From positions 219,604,001 through 219,668,000 of the forward strand of contig OZ024743.1 of assembly GCA_964016885.1 (NCBI GenBank): a stretch of DNA of 64,000 nucleotides, in the 5' to 3' direction. The notes under the pieces were generated by a model. It made no database searches, was not told where the DNA came from, and was given only the letters and a program-made list of their open reading frames with translations. The stretch comes from Eledone cirrhosa (Eukaryota). The translations under genes and the position numbers were made by a program. Below, piece by piece: positions 37,918 through 50,400 of this stretch; the stretch's first letter is position 1; the number at the start of each line of letters is the position of its first letter.

Positions 37918-38529
37918 CCCACACAAATATATACACGCACACACACACACACACACAGGCCCACACAAATATACACATGCACACGCGCACAAACACAAAC
38001 ACACACACAGCTCCTTCTGCCCTTCCATGATGGAGGATAAACTGACACATGACTGCGAAAACATGCTATTGATCAGCTATGATCAGCTATGATCAGTTAT
38101 TAGCAAACCAAACACCTGGCGTCGGAGTTTATTTCAAAATTAAATTTAAATGGAAATATTTATATATTTAAAATGTGGGAATCCCAAACGCAGAAAATGA
38201 CTAACAATAGTGGATCACTTTAAACAATAGCTTACAAAATAGGGTAAACTACAAACAAAGATGAAAAAAAAAAAAAAAAGGGACCAGTATCCGATAAGGG
38301 GAATCGAACTTTCTACTTTTCGAATACAGGCCGAGTGTTTTAACCAATAAACTAAGGAACGATTGATAACAAAACCACTCAAATTTGAGTAGATATCTAA
38401 CAGAAACATAGTTGTTGCATGGCTGTGTAAATAATTCGCTTCCCCAACACATGGTTCCGGGTTCAATCCCCATGAGCGGCACCTTGGGCAAAAGTGCATC
38501 AACTGAAAAATTATTATAATCATAAGTAA

Positions 38530-38745
38530 TAATTGTTTCTACTATAGGCACAAGGCCAGCAATTTGAAGGAAGGGAAAGTCGATTAAATCGACCCCAGTG
38601 TGTTGGAACTTTATTTTATCGACCTTGTAAGGATGAAAGGCAAAGTTAACATCAGCGGGATTTGAACTCAGAATGTAAAAGGTCATAACTCTGTGCTGCA
38701 AAGCATGGTGTCCGATGCTCTACCAATTCTGCCAATCCACCGCCC
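38530..38745 (-). mobile_element. tRNA-derived SINE (family 1), near full length
   Basis: Reverse complement of head (CTGCCAATCCACCGCC), B-box and body. Confidence 0.88.
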
Positions 38746-38927
38746 TATAATCCCAATTAATAATAATCTATTTGTCATTAAAAAATGCAGACATTATATA
38801 CGAGGCGGGTGCACCATAATCTTTTAAGTTCTGAGGACATCAAAAGGAATTAATCCGGCTCTGATTTCAGGCATGGCTGTGTAGTTAAGAAGTTCGTTTC
38901 TCAACCATGTTTCTCACAAACAACAAT

Positions 38928-38977
38928 TCTTGTCTGATGACTCTGTGAGAAGCAGGCAAAACTCCAGAGTAACAAGA
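38928..38977 (+). ncRNA. Decayed hammerhead motif (G12A)
   Basis: UCUUGU-CUGAUGA-cUCUG-ugagaag-CAGGc-AAA-ACUC-ca-GAGU-A-ACAAGA; perfect 6-bp stem I and stem III, GAAA read as AAAA; followed by GTATTGAGCAC and (TA)n. Confidence 0.6.
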
Positions 38978-39609
38978 CTCACTATTTAGTCTTAATAAAA
39001 TGAATATTTAAACTCTACTTCGGTATTGAGCACTCTTTTCTCTTGGTCATCAATTGCATACGCATATATATATATATGTATATATATATATCAACACAGC
39101 TCTCCATTTTTGATTCATATATGCTTTCTCCTTCGCTGTGATCTGTCTTTTTTCTCTTCCCTTGCTGCTATCCTCTTTCTCTCTCTCCCCCTTCTCTCTC
39201 CTTCTACCTCTTACTTTCACTCACCCCCTCTGCTAGTCACCCTCTCTTGGCTAGCCTCTTCCTCGCACTTTCACTCATTCACTCTCTGCTACTCACCCCT
39301 TCTCTCACTTCCGCCATCGTCCCACACTGTACGCGATCTTTCTTCTCGCTCACACCCGTACGGTTAAGATGTGTCTTTATCTCCTCGTCAATATTCGCCT
39401 GTTCTTATGTTCGAAATGAATTATTGACTTGATTTTTTTCAATTTTTCCTCTCTTTACGTTGCCTCGCCATTTGTGTCTGTTTACATGTCTTTCTCTTTT
39501 TCCACCCAACTCTTTTTATCCCAATAACTTATTTTAGTTATTGTATCGCCCTAGCCGGAGGTATATTGTCTGTAATGTGAAGAAATACCTATGATGGCTA
39601 GTAGACAAC

Positions 39610-39940
39610 TGATGATGGATATTCCTAACTTCTATTTCTAATTCTTTGAGAATATTGAGAAATTCAGACTGTTAAGAAATTCAAAAGTTCGTCCTAGTCG
39701 ACAAATTTGTCGATAGATTTATAGGTCTGGCTACCCCCAAGGAATCATTTGCGAGAGAGTTTTGTTGATGGCATTCACTGATGTTTTGGGGGTTAGGATT
39801 GCTCTTTCACACAACCACTCCTCATTGGAATGGTGGATTTCGAAATTGGGGAACACTTGTTTAATTAAATTTACAATGCTTTCCACATCAGTACAAAATG
39901 ATGAGGGATCAAAATATCCTTCAGTATCAAGGGATTGCTT
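39610..39940 (-). pseudogene. Helitron PIF1-like helicase fragment (not in ORF track)
   Basis: Manual translation NLIKQVFPNFEIHHSNEEWLCERAILTPKTSVNAINKTLSQMIP-(frameshift)-TYKSID...EFLNSL matches the WLxERAILxPKN..Y.S.D..EFLNSL block of Helitron RepHel. Confidence 0.85.
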
Positions 39941-40334
39941 TTCTATGAATTGAAACGACTGAGAGGTATCTCAGAGGTTCCTCTCCCTTCCTGCCTCTGT
40001 TATTCTCAGTGAAGAAATTTCCGAGGCTGGAAAAACATTTTCGGAAAAGAAGGTGATTGCGAGCATGTCGGAGGTCAGATTAGTTGAAAGCATGAAAAAA
40101 CACCGGAAAAACAATTTCTTCGCGATTCCCAGCGGGTGCTTTTCGGTAAGTTTAAACGGCTGAGAGGTGCTTATCTGTAACTCCAAGAGTCTCCCTCCAC
40201 CGCCTCCGTTTTTGGAAAAGGAGTCGTTGTGTCTTTCGTTTGCATTTTTAAAAAATAATTTTTTAAGGTTTCCTCTTAAAAAATTGTTTTTCGCTCGTTG
40301 TCTTGTCCACTCTTTGTTAATTTTAATTTTCTTA

Positions 40335-40386
<52 letters not shown>

Positions 40387-40407
40387 GTAGAATCTCATCT
40401 ATATTAA

Positions 40408-40495
<88 letters not shown>

Positions 40496-40562
40496 CAATT
40501 CCAACCTAATATATACCTTCCATATACTGTACCGAATGTGTTGTTATTTCTGTTTACCTTTT

Positions 40563-40630
<68 letters not shown>

Positions 40631-41420
40631 CTTGACAAACTGTAAGGGAGGACATTTTCCGAATGGTATTCTAGGTGGTTGTATCCGAGTCTCACTGTTT
40701 ATTTGACCTGTAAATATAACGATACAGGTTACATGTATTTCTAGCAGGTTTTTGTTATTACTATTGTTGTCAGGGCGTGGGATTGACTGGATCGGGTGAG
40801 CGTTGGACAAAATACCTTGTGATATTTGTTCCGTCTCTTTACGTTGTGTATTCAAATCTCATAGAGGTCATATTTGCCTTTCATCCTTCCAGGTTCGATA
40901 AAATAAAGAACTAGTCATATACTAAGGTCGATATAATCAACGTCTTCCTCTTCACTACATTGCTGGCCTTCTGCATAAATCAGAACCCGATATTATTATT
41001 ATTGTTGTTGTTGCTATTATACTCAATAATATTGTTGTTATTATTTCTAGCATTAGGGCGGTAGATTGGCAGTATCGGTAGACGGTCAGGCACCCATGCT
41101 TTGCAGTATAGAGTTATTGCCCTTTATCATCCGAGTTCAAATCCCGCCAAGGTTAACTTTGCCTTTCATCCTTACAGGGTCGATAAAATAAAGTACCAGT
41201 CACCCACTGAAGTCGATTAAATCGACTTTCCCCTCCCCCAAATTGCTGGCCTTGTGCCTATATAAGAAACAGTTATTTCTAGCATTGACATTCTAACTGA
41301 TTTTTGTCTTGCTTCTTTTGTCTTCGTTGTTGTTGTTTTATTGTCCTTATCACTGTTGTTGTTGTTGTTGTTGTTCTTATAAATGTTGAGTATTTTTCTG
41401 CTGCTGCTTCTGGTGCTAGT

Positions 41421-41625
41421 GCTACTGCTGGTGTTAGTGCTGCTGGTGGTGCTAGTGCTGCTGATAGTAGTGCTGCTTCTGCTGCTACTGCTACTGCTGG
41501 TGTTAGTGCTGCTGGTGGTGCTAGTGCTGCTGATAGTAGTGCTGCTTCTGCTGCTACTGCTACTGCTGGTGTTAGTGCTGCTGGTGGTGCTAGTGTTGCT
41601 GATGGTAGTGCTGCTGATTGCTGCT
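41421..41625. repeat. 69-bp tandem (about 3 copies) built of GCT/GGT/AGT triplets
   Basis: GCTACTGCTGGTGTTAGTGC starts at 41421, 41490 and 41559. Confidence 0.85.
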
Positions 41626-41792
41626 TCTGCTGCTGCTTCTGCTGATGCTACTGTTGCTTCTGCTGCTACTGCTACTGCTGGTGGTGCTAGTGCTGCTGGT
41701 GCTAGTGTTGCTGATAATACTAGTGCTGCTGGTGATGTTACTGTCAATCCGTTTTCTTTATTTTTGATTCTCTCATGTTGTTATTATTATTG

Positions 41793-42410
41793 AAAGTAAG
41801 GAGCGGTGGATTGGCAGTATCGGTAGAGGGTCGGACGCCATGCTTTCCAGCATAGAGTTACGGCCCTTGCCATTCTGATTTCAAATCCCGCCGAGGTTAA
41901 CTTTGCCTTTCATCCTTACAGGGTCGATAAAATAAAGTACCAGTAATGCACTGGGTAATTGCTAGCCTTGTGCCAAAAGTAGAAACAATTATTATTGAAA
42001 GTAAGGGGTGGTGGATTGGCAGTATTGGTAGAGGGTCGTACGACATGCTTTCCAGCATAGTTACGTCCCTTTACAGTCTGACTTCAAATCTCGCCGAGGT
42101 TAACTTTGCCTTTCATCCTTACGGGGTAGATAGAATAAAGTACCAGTCACGCATTAGGGTCGATATAATCGACTTTCCTCTCCTCCAAGATTGCTGGCCT
42201 TGTGCCTATATAAGAAACCATTATTATTCGGTGAATTGGCAGTATCGATAGAGGGTTGGACGCCATGCTTTCTAGCATAGTTACGCCCCTTTACGGCCTG
42301 AGTTCAAATCCCGTCGAGGCCTTTCATCCTTACGGCGTCGATAAAATAAAGTACCAGTAATGTACTGGATTATTGGTGGCCTTGTGCCAAAAGTAGAAAC
42401 AATTATTATT
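41793..42410 (+). mobile_element. Head-to-tail trimer of family-1 SINE (another copy at about 41056-41282)
   Basis: Three successive TTGGCAGTAT heads and GAAAC.ATTATTATT tails. Confidence 0.88.
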
Positions 42411-42833
42411 GTGGCTATTGTTGTTATTCTTGCAAATGTTGACTATTTTTTTCTGCCACTGTTACTGCTGCTGATGTTGTTACTGTCACTGCTACTGGCT
42501 GCTGTTGCTGCTGTTGTTGCTGTCGCTGCTGCTGGGGATGATGCTGATAGTGCTGGTGATGTCAGTGTCAAGCTGCATCCGGTCGTAAAACAATTTCAAA
42601 CCTCTGTAAAATCACCTAATGACATGATGTTATAGTCCAATCTATGCATGCATAAGAAGCGTTAAATCTTCATTAGCTTCTCGACAGCATTCTCCCCCTC
42701 CCCCTCCCCTTCTTCTTTGTTTTTTGTTGTTTAAGTAGTTTTGTTGTCAGTTTTTTTTCTCTTCTTGGAATTGATTTCATGGTATAGCTACAAATTGAGC
42801 TTTTTTACATTAGAATTATTATTTCACACATAG

Positions 42834-42894
<61 letters not shown>

Positions 42895-42897
<3 letters not shown>

Positions 42898-43100
42898 CGA
42901 AGGAAATGTGGTAAGGAACCAAGTGGACCATAACGCACCAAAGTACTCAATACTTCGGGTAGTAGAGTGGGTAATAGGAACGAGTAGGACCCCGACGGCT
43001 GAGCTCAAGCCGTTTCGAAGGCTAAAAAATTCTGGACTCAATTAGCCGTCCAGAATTAGCCGTCGAAACGGCTTGAGCTCAGCCGTCGGGGTCCTACTCG

Positions 43101-43103
<3 letters not shown>
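42895..43103. mobile_element. Family A Penelope-like end, copy 3, fold-back palindrome
   Basis: Minus-strand copy 42895-43037 joined to a plus-strand half-HHR 43048-43103; (TA)n on both sides. Confidence 0.7.
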
Positions 43104-43163
<60 letters not shown>

Positions 43164-43173
<10 letters not shown>

Positions 43174-43979
43174 CGTAAAATAAGAAAATTATAAAATTAA
43201 CTTACTTACTAAAATTTCACTCCAACTAATTAGTTTCTGAAAGGGAATAAACATAGTTTCCGAAGAAACGTACCGAGAAGCCCTTCGTCATCAGGGAAGT
43301 CTATTCTCAGCTAAGTTTCCAGGCAATACGTGGACACTGGGAACTTATACAAAAATAATTCAGTGGATGGAAAAAAGCAAAGCGTGGACTAAATTCCAAG
43401 CCATTGAAAAAATCACTGCCTACTGCGTCGGTGGTAAATTCAAAAGAATCAGTCACGTGACATCGAGGTCAATCAGTGAAGTGTGGTTTGTTAAGAAGAC
43501 AGCAGCCAGACTGTTACTACAGTAGCAGTTTTGGCCAATTTTTGCTCGACAAATAATTTGGAGATAATTATAAAGAATTAATATATCTAGTAACATATAT
43601 ATACACAGATGCATACTTATGCTAGCAAATATATAGGTTTTGTCTTAGTAACTTTGTGGTTCAATGCATGGGGCTGCAGAACAATAATATGAGAGACGTA
43701 AAATAAGAAAATTATAAAATTAACTTACTTACTAAAATTTCACTCCAACTAATTAGTTTCTGAAAGGGAATAAACATAGTTTCCGAAGAAACGTACCGAG
43801 AAGCCCTTCGTCATCAGGGAAGTCTATTCTCAGCTAAGTTTCCAGGTAATACGTGGACACAGGGAACTTATACAAAAATAATTCAGTGGATGGAAAAAAG
43901 CAAAGCGTGGACTAAATTCCAAGCCATTGAAAAAATCACTGCCTACTGCGTCGGTGGCAAATTCAAAAGAATCAGTCAC
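43164..43979 (-). mobile_element. 523-bp-period partial tandem with one HHR-like motif per unit
   Basis: 43164-43456 repeats at 43687-43979 (293 bp, few mismatches) around a 230-bp spacer; starts at (TA)n. Confidence 0.85.
43218..43301 (-). ncRNA. Hammerhead-like motif with two alternative GAAAC registers (second copy 43741-43824)
   Basis: GACUUCC-CUGAUGA-CGAAG...CUUCG-GAAAC-UA...UUUCA-GAAAC-UAAUUA-GUU-GGAGUG; stem I UUCC/GGAG. Confidence 0.6.
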
Positions 43980-44415
43980 ACGAAATTTCATTTCCCACCC
44001 TTAGTACGGCTGTTACTTAAATATAAGTATGTACACGTACATACATATATGTATACAGACGTAGAGTAGTATGTATATATACATACATGCACACATATAT
44101 ATATGTACGTATGGATTCACCAAACATTTATTACAATGCTCGGTGTGTTGGTAAACAAACATCCCGTATTAAGCCGTAGTGTCCAGCAACCATCGTTGCT
44201 CGTTTGTTCAACACTGACAAAGGAACCTGTACTAGTTTCAAGCTTATTAGCTATCGTCAGAAAAGTATACCTTCCTGCCAGATTGTTGAAGTATATATTT
44301 ACCTAATACATATTAACGGCTGAGTAGCCCAATTTGCATATCGAGTGGGTTAATCGGCCGAGTGCACCGAAAATGATAAACGGAAAAAATGAAACGAAAT
44401 TTCATTTCCCACTCT

Positions 44416-47400
44416 TAGAATGTAGTGAGAACGCCAAATAAAATGTTGTATGAACGCCAGATAGAATGTTGTTTGAACGCCAGATAGAATGCTGTTAGAA
44501 CGCCAGAAAGAATGTTGTATGAACGCCAGATAGAATGTTGTTTGAACGCCAGATAGAATGCTGTTAGAACGCCAGAAAGAATGTTGTATGAACGCCAGAT
44601 AGAATGTTGTTAGAACGCCAGATAGAACGTTGTTAGAACGCCAAATAGAATGTTGTATGAACGCCACAGACAATGTTGTTAGAACGCCGGATAGAATGTT
44701 GTTAGAACGCCGGATAGAATGTTGTTAGAACTCCGGATAGAATGTTGTAAGAACACAAGATAGAATGATTTTAGAACACCAGATAGAATGTTGTTAGAAA
44801 GGCGGATAGAATGTTGTTAGAACGTCGGATAGAATGTTGTATGAACGCCAGATAGAATGTTGTTAGAACGCCAGATAGAATGTTGTTAGAACGCCATATA
44901 GAATTTTGTTAGAACGCCAGATAGAATGTTGTATGAACGCCAGATAGAATGTTATATCAACGCCAGATAGAATGTTGTTAAAACGCCAGATAGAATGTTG
45001 TATGAACGCCAGATAGAATGTTGTATGAACGCCAGATAGAATATTATTAGAACGCCACATAGAATGTTGTTAGAACGCCATATAGAATGATGTTAGAACG
45101 CCAGATAGAATGTTGTATGAACGCAAGATAGAATGTTGTATGAACGCCAGATAGAATGTTGTATGAACGCCAGATAGAATATTATTAGAACGCCACATAG
45201 AATGTTGTTAGAACGCCATATAGAATGATGTTAGAACGCCAGATAGAATGTTGTATGAACGCAAGATAGAATGTTGTTAGAATGCTACATAGACTGTTGT
45301 TAGAACGCCAGATAGAATGTTGTATGAACGCCAGATAGAATGTTGTTAGAACGCCACATAGAATGTTGTATGAACGCCAGATAGAATGTTGTTAGAACGC
45401 CAGATAGAATGTTGTATGAACGCCGGATAGAATGTTGTTAGAACGCCAGATAGAATGTTGTTAGAACTCCGGATAAACGTTGTTAGAACGCCAGATAGAA
45501 TGTTGTATGGACGCCAGATTGAATCTTGTTAGAACGCCGAATAGAATGTTGTTAGAACGCCAGATAGAATGTTGTATGAACGCCAGATAGAATGTTGTTA
45601 GAACGCCAGATAGAATGTTGTATGAACGCCAGATAGAATGTTGTAAGGATTCCGGATAGGACGTTGTTAGAACGCCAGATAGAATGTTAGAACGCCAAAT
45701 AAAATGATATTAGAACGCTAGATAGAATGTTGTATGAACGCCTGATAGAATGTTTTTAAAACGCCGTATAGAATGTTGTTAGAAATCCGGATAGAATGTT
45801 GTATGAACGCCACATAGAATGTTGTTAGAACGCCAGATTGAATGTTGTATGAACGCCAGATAGAATGTTGCTAGAACACCAGAGAGAATCTTGTTAGAAC
45901 GCCAGATATAACGTTGTTAGAACGCCAGATAGAATGTTGTTAACACGCCAGATAGAATGTTGTATGAACGCCAGACAGAATGTTTTAGAACGCCAGATAG
46001 AATGTTGTATGAGCGCCAGATAGAATGTTATTAGAACGCCAGATAGAATGTTGTATGAACGCCAGATCGAATGTTGTTAGAACGCCACATAGAATGTTGT
46101 ATGAAAGCCAGATAGAATGTTATTAGTACGCCAGATAGAATGTTGCATGAACGCCAGATAGAATGTTGTTAAAACACCAGATAGAATGTTGTTAGAACGC
46201 CAGATAGAACATTGTTACAACGCCAATTAGAATGTTGTTAGAACGTCAGATAGAATGTTGTATGAACGCCAGATAGAATGTTGTTACAACGCCAGATAGA
46301 ATGTTGTTCGAACGCCAGATAGAATGTTGTATGAACGCCGGATAGAATGTTGTTAGAACTTCGGATAAACGTTGTTAGAACGCCAGATAGAATGTTGTTA
46401 GGACGCCAGATAGAATGTCGTTAGAACACCAGATAGAATGTCGTTAGAACGCCATATAGAATTTTGTTAGAACGCCAGATAGAATGTTGTATGAACGCCA
46501 GATAGAATGTTGTTAGAACGCCAGATAGAATGGTGTTAGAATTCCGGATAGGACGTTGTTAGAACGCCAGATAGAATGTTATTAGAACGCCAGATAAAAT
46601 GATGTAAGAACGCTAGATAGAATGTTGTATGAACACCTGATAGAATGTTGTTAGAACGCCGTATAGAATGTTGTTAGAACACCAGATAGAATGTTGTTAG
46701 AATGCCAGATAGAATGTTGTTAGAACGCCAGATAGAATGTTGTTAGAACTCCGGATAGAACGTTGTTAGAACGCCAGATAGAATGTTGTTAGAACTCAGG
46801 ATAGAACGTTGTTAGAACTCCAGATAGAATGTTGTTAGAAAGACAGATAGAATGTTGTTAAAACGCCTGATAGAACATTGTTAGAACGCCAGATAGAATG
46901 TTGTGAGAACGCCAAATAGAATTTTGTTAGAACGCCAGATAGAATGTTGTTAGTACTCCAGATAGAATGTTGTATGAACGCAAGATAGAATGTTGTATGA
47001 ACGCCAGATAGAATGTTTTTAGAACGCCACATAGTATGTTGTATGAACGCCAGATAGAATGCTGTTAGTACTCCAGATAGAATATTGTATGAACGCAAGA
47101 TAGAATGTTGTTAGAACACCAGATTGAATGTTGTTAGAACGCCAGATAGAATGTTGTTAGAACGCCAGATAGAATGTTGTATGAACGCCGGATAGAATGT
47201 TGTTCGAACGCCAGATAGAAAGTTGTTAGAACGCCAGATAAAATGTTGTTAGAAAGACAGATAGAATGTTGTTAGAACGCCAAATAGAATTTTGTTAGAA
47301 CGCCAGATAGAATGTTGTATGAACGCCAGATAGAATGTTGTATGAACGCCACATAGAATGTTGTTCGAACGCCAGATAGAAAGTTGTTAGAACGCCAGAT

Positions 47401-50400
47401 AAAATGTTGTCTGAACGCCAGATAGAATGTTGTTAGAACGCCAGATAGAATTTTGTTAGAACGCCAGATAAAATGTTGTATGAACGCCAGATAGAATGTT
47501 GTATGAACGCCAGATAGAATGTTGTTAGAACGCCACATAGAATGTTGTATGAACGCCAGATAGAATGTTATTAGTACGCCAGATAGAATGTTGTATGAAC
47601 GCCAGATAGAATGTTGTTAGAACGCCAGATAGAATCTTGTTAGAACGCCAGGTATAACGTTGTTAGAACACCAGATAGAATGTTGTTAACACGCCAGATA
47701 TAATGTTGTATGAACGTCAGATAGAATGTTGTAGGAACGCCAGATAGAATGTTGTTACAACGCCAGATAGAATGTTGTATGAAAGCCAGATAGAATGTTA
47801 GAACAGCTGATAGAATGTTGTTAGAACGCCAGATAGAACGTTGTTAGAACACGATATAGAATGTTGTTAGAACGCCATATAGAATGTCGTTAGAACGCCA
47901 GATAGAATGTCGTTAGAATGCAGGATAGAAGTTTTTAGAACGCCAGATAGAATGTTGTTACAAGTCCGGATAAAACGTTGTTAGAACGCCGGATAGAATG
48001 TTGTATGAACGCCAGATAGAATGTTGTTAGAACGCCAGATAGAATGTTGTATGAACGCCAGATAGAATGTTGTTAGAACGCCAGATATAATGTTGTTAGA
48101 ACGCCACATAGAATGTTGTTAGAACGCCAGATAGAATGTTTTTAAAACGCCGTATAGAATCTTGTTAGAACGCCGAATAGAATGTTGTTAAACGCCAGAT
48201 AGAATGTTCTTATAACGCCAGATAGAATGATGTGTGAACGCCAGATAGAATGTTGTATGAACGCCAGATAGAATATTGTTAGAACGCCACATAAAATGTT
48301 GTTAGAACGCCAGATAGAATGTTGTATGAACACCAGATAGAATGTTGTATGAACGCCAGATAGAATGTTGTTAAAACGCTAGATAGAATTTTGCTAGAAC
48401 GCCAGATAGAATGTTGTATGAACGCCAGATAGAATGTTGTTAGAACGCAGAGATAGAATGTTGTATGAATGCCAGGTAGAATGTTGTTAGAACTCAAGAT
48501 AGAACGTTGTTAGAACTCCAGATAGAATGTTGTTAGAAAGACAGATAGAATGTTGTTAGAACGCCTGATAGAATGTTGTTAGAACGCCAGATAGAATGTT
48601 GTTAGAACGCCAAATAGAATACTGTTAGAACGCCAGATAGAATGTTGTTAGAACGCCAGATAGAATGTTGTTAGAACGCCAGATAGAATATTGTATGGAC
48701 GCCAGATTGAATCTTGTTAGAACGCCGAATAGAATGTTGTTAGACCGCCAGATAGAATGGTGTATGAACGCCAGATAGAATGTTGTTAGAACGGCAGATA
48801 GAATGTTGTTAGAACGCTAGATAGAATGTTGCATGAACACCAGATAGAATGTTGTATGAACGCCAGATAGAATGTTGTATGAACGCCAGATAGAATGTTG
48901 TTAGAACACCAGATAGAATGTTGTTAAAACGCTAGATAGAATGTTGCTAGAACGCCAGATAGAATGTTGTACGAACGCCAGATAGAATGTTGTTAGAACG
49001 CCAGATAGAATGTTGTTAGAACGCCAGATAGAATGTTGTTAGAACGCTAGATAGAATGTTGCTAGAACGCCAGATAGAATGTTGCTAGAACGCCAGATAG
49101 AATGTTGTATGAACGCCAGATAGAATGTTGTTAGAAAGCCGGATAGAATGCTGTTAGAAAGCCGGATAGAATGTTGTATGAACGCCAGATAGAATACTGT
49201 TAGAACGCCAGATAGAATGTTGTTAGAACGCCAGATAGAATGTTGTTAGAACGCCAGATAGAATGTTGTATGGACGCCAGATTGAATCTTGTTAGAACAC
49301 CGAATAGAATGTTGTTAGAACGCCAGATAGAATGGTGTATGAACGCCAGATAGAATGTTGTTAGAACGGCAGATAGAATGCTGTTAGAACGCCAGATAGA
49401 ATGTTGTTAGAACGCCAGATAGAATGTTGTATGAACGCCAGATAGAATGTTGTTAGAACGCCAGATAAAATGTTGTATGAACGCCAGATAAAATGTTGTA
49501 TAAACGCCAGATAGAATGTGGTTAGAACGCCACATAGAATGTTGTTAGAACGCCAGATAAAATGTTGTATGAACGCCAGATAGAATGTTGTATGAACGCA
49601 AGATAGAATGTTGTTAGAACGCCACATAGAATGTTGTTAGTACGCCAGATAGAATGTTGTATAAACGCCAGATAGAATGTTGTTTGAACGCCACATAGAA
49701 TGTTGTTAGTACGCCAGATAGAATGTTGTATGAACCCCAGTTAGAATGTTGTATGAACGCCAGATAGAATGTTGTATGAACGCCAGATAGAATGTTGTTA
49801 CAACGCCAGATAGAATGTTGTATGAACGCCATATAGAATGTTGTTAGAACGCCAGATAGAATGTCGTTAGAACGCCAGATATAATGTCGTGAGAACGTCA
49901 GATAAAATGTTGTATGGACGCCAGATTGAATCTTGTTAGAACGCCAGATAGAATGGTGTTAGAACACCAGATAGAACGTTGTTAGAACGCCAGATAGAAT
50001 GTTGTTAGAACGCCAGATAGAATGACGTTAGCACGCCAGATAGAATGTCGTTAGAATGCCGGATAGACGTTTGTTAGAACGCCAGATAGAATGTTGTATG
50101 GACGCCAGATAAAATGTTGTTAGAACTCCGGATAGAGCGTTGTTAGAACGCCAGATAGAATGTTGTATGAACGCCAGATAGAATGTTGTATGAACGCCAG
50201 ATAGAATGTTGTTAGAATGCAAGATAGAATGTTGTATGAACACCGGATAGAATGTTGTTAGAACGACAGATAGAATGTTGTTAGAACGCCAGACAGAATG
50301 TTGTATGAACGCTAGATAGAATGTTGTATGAACGCCAGATAGAATGTTGTATGAACGCCAGATAGAATGTTGTTAGAACACCAGATAGAATGTTGTTAGA

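Noticed and set aside
41217-41793. Mucin or antifreeze-like Ala/Ser/Thr-rich gene
   Set aside because: Triplet-derived repeat open in several frames, flanked by SINEs, with no convincing splice or start context.
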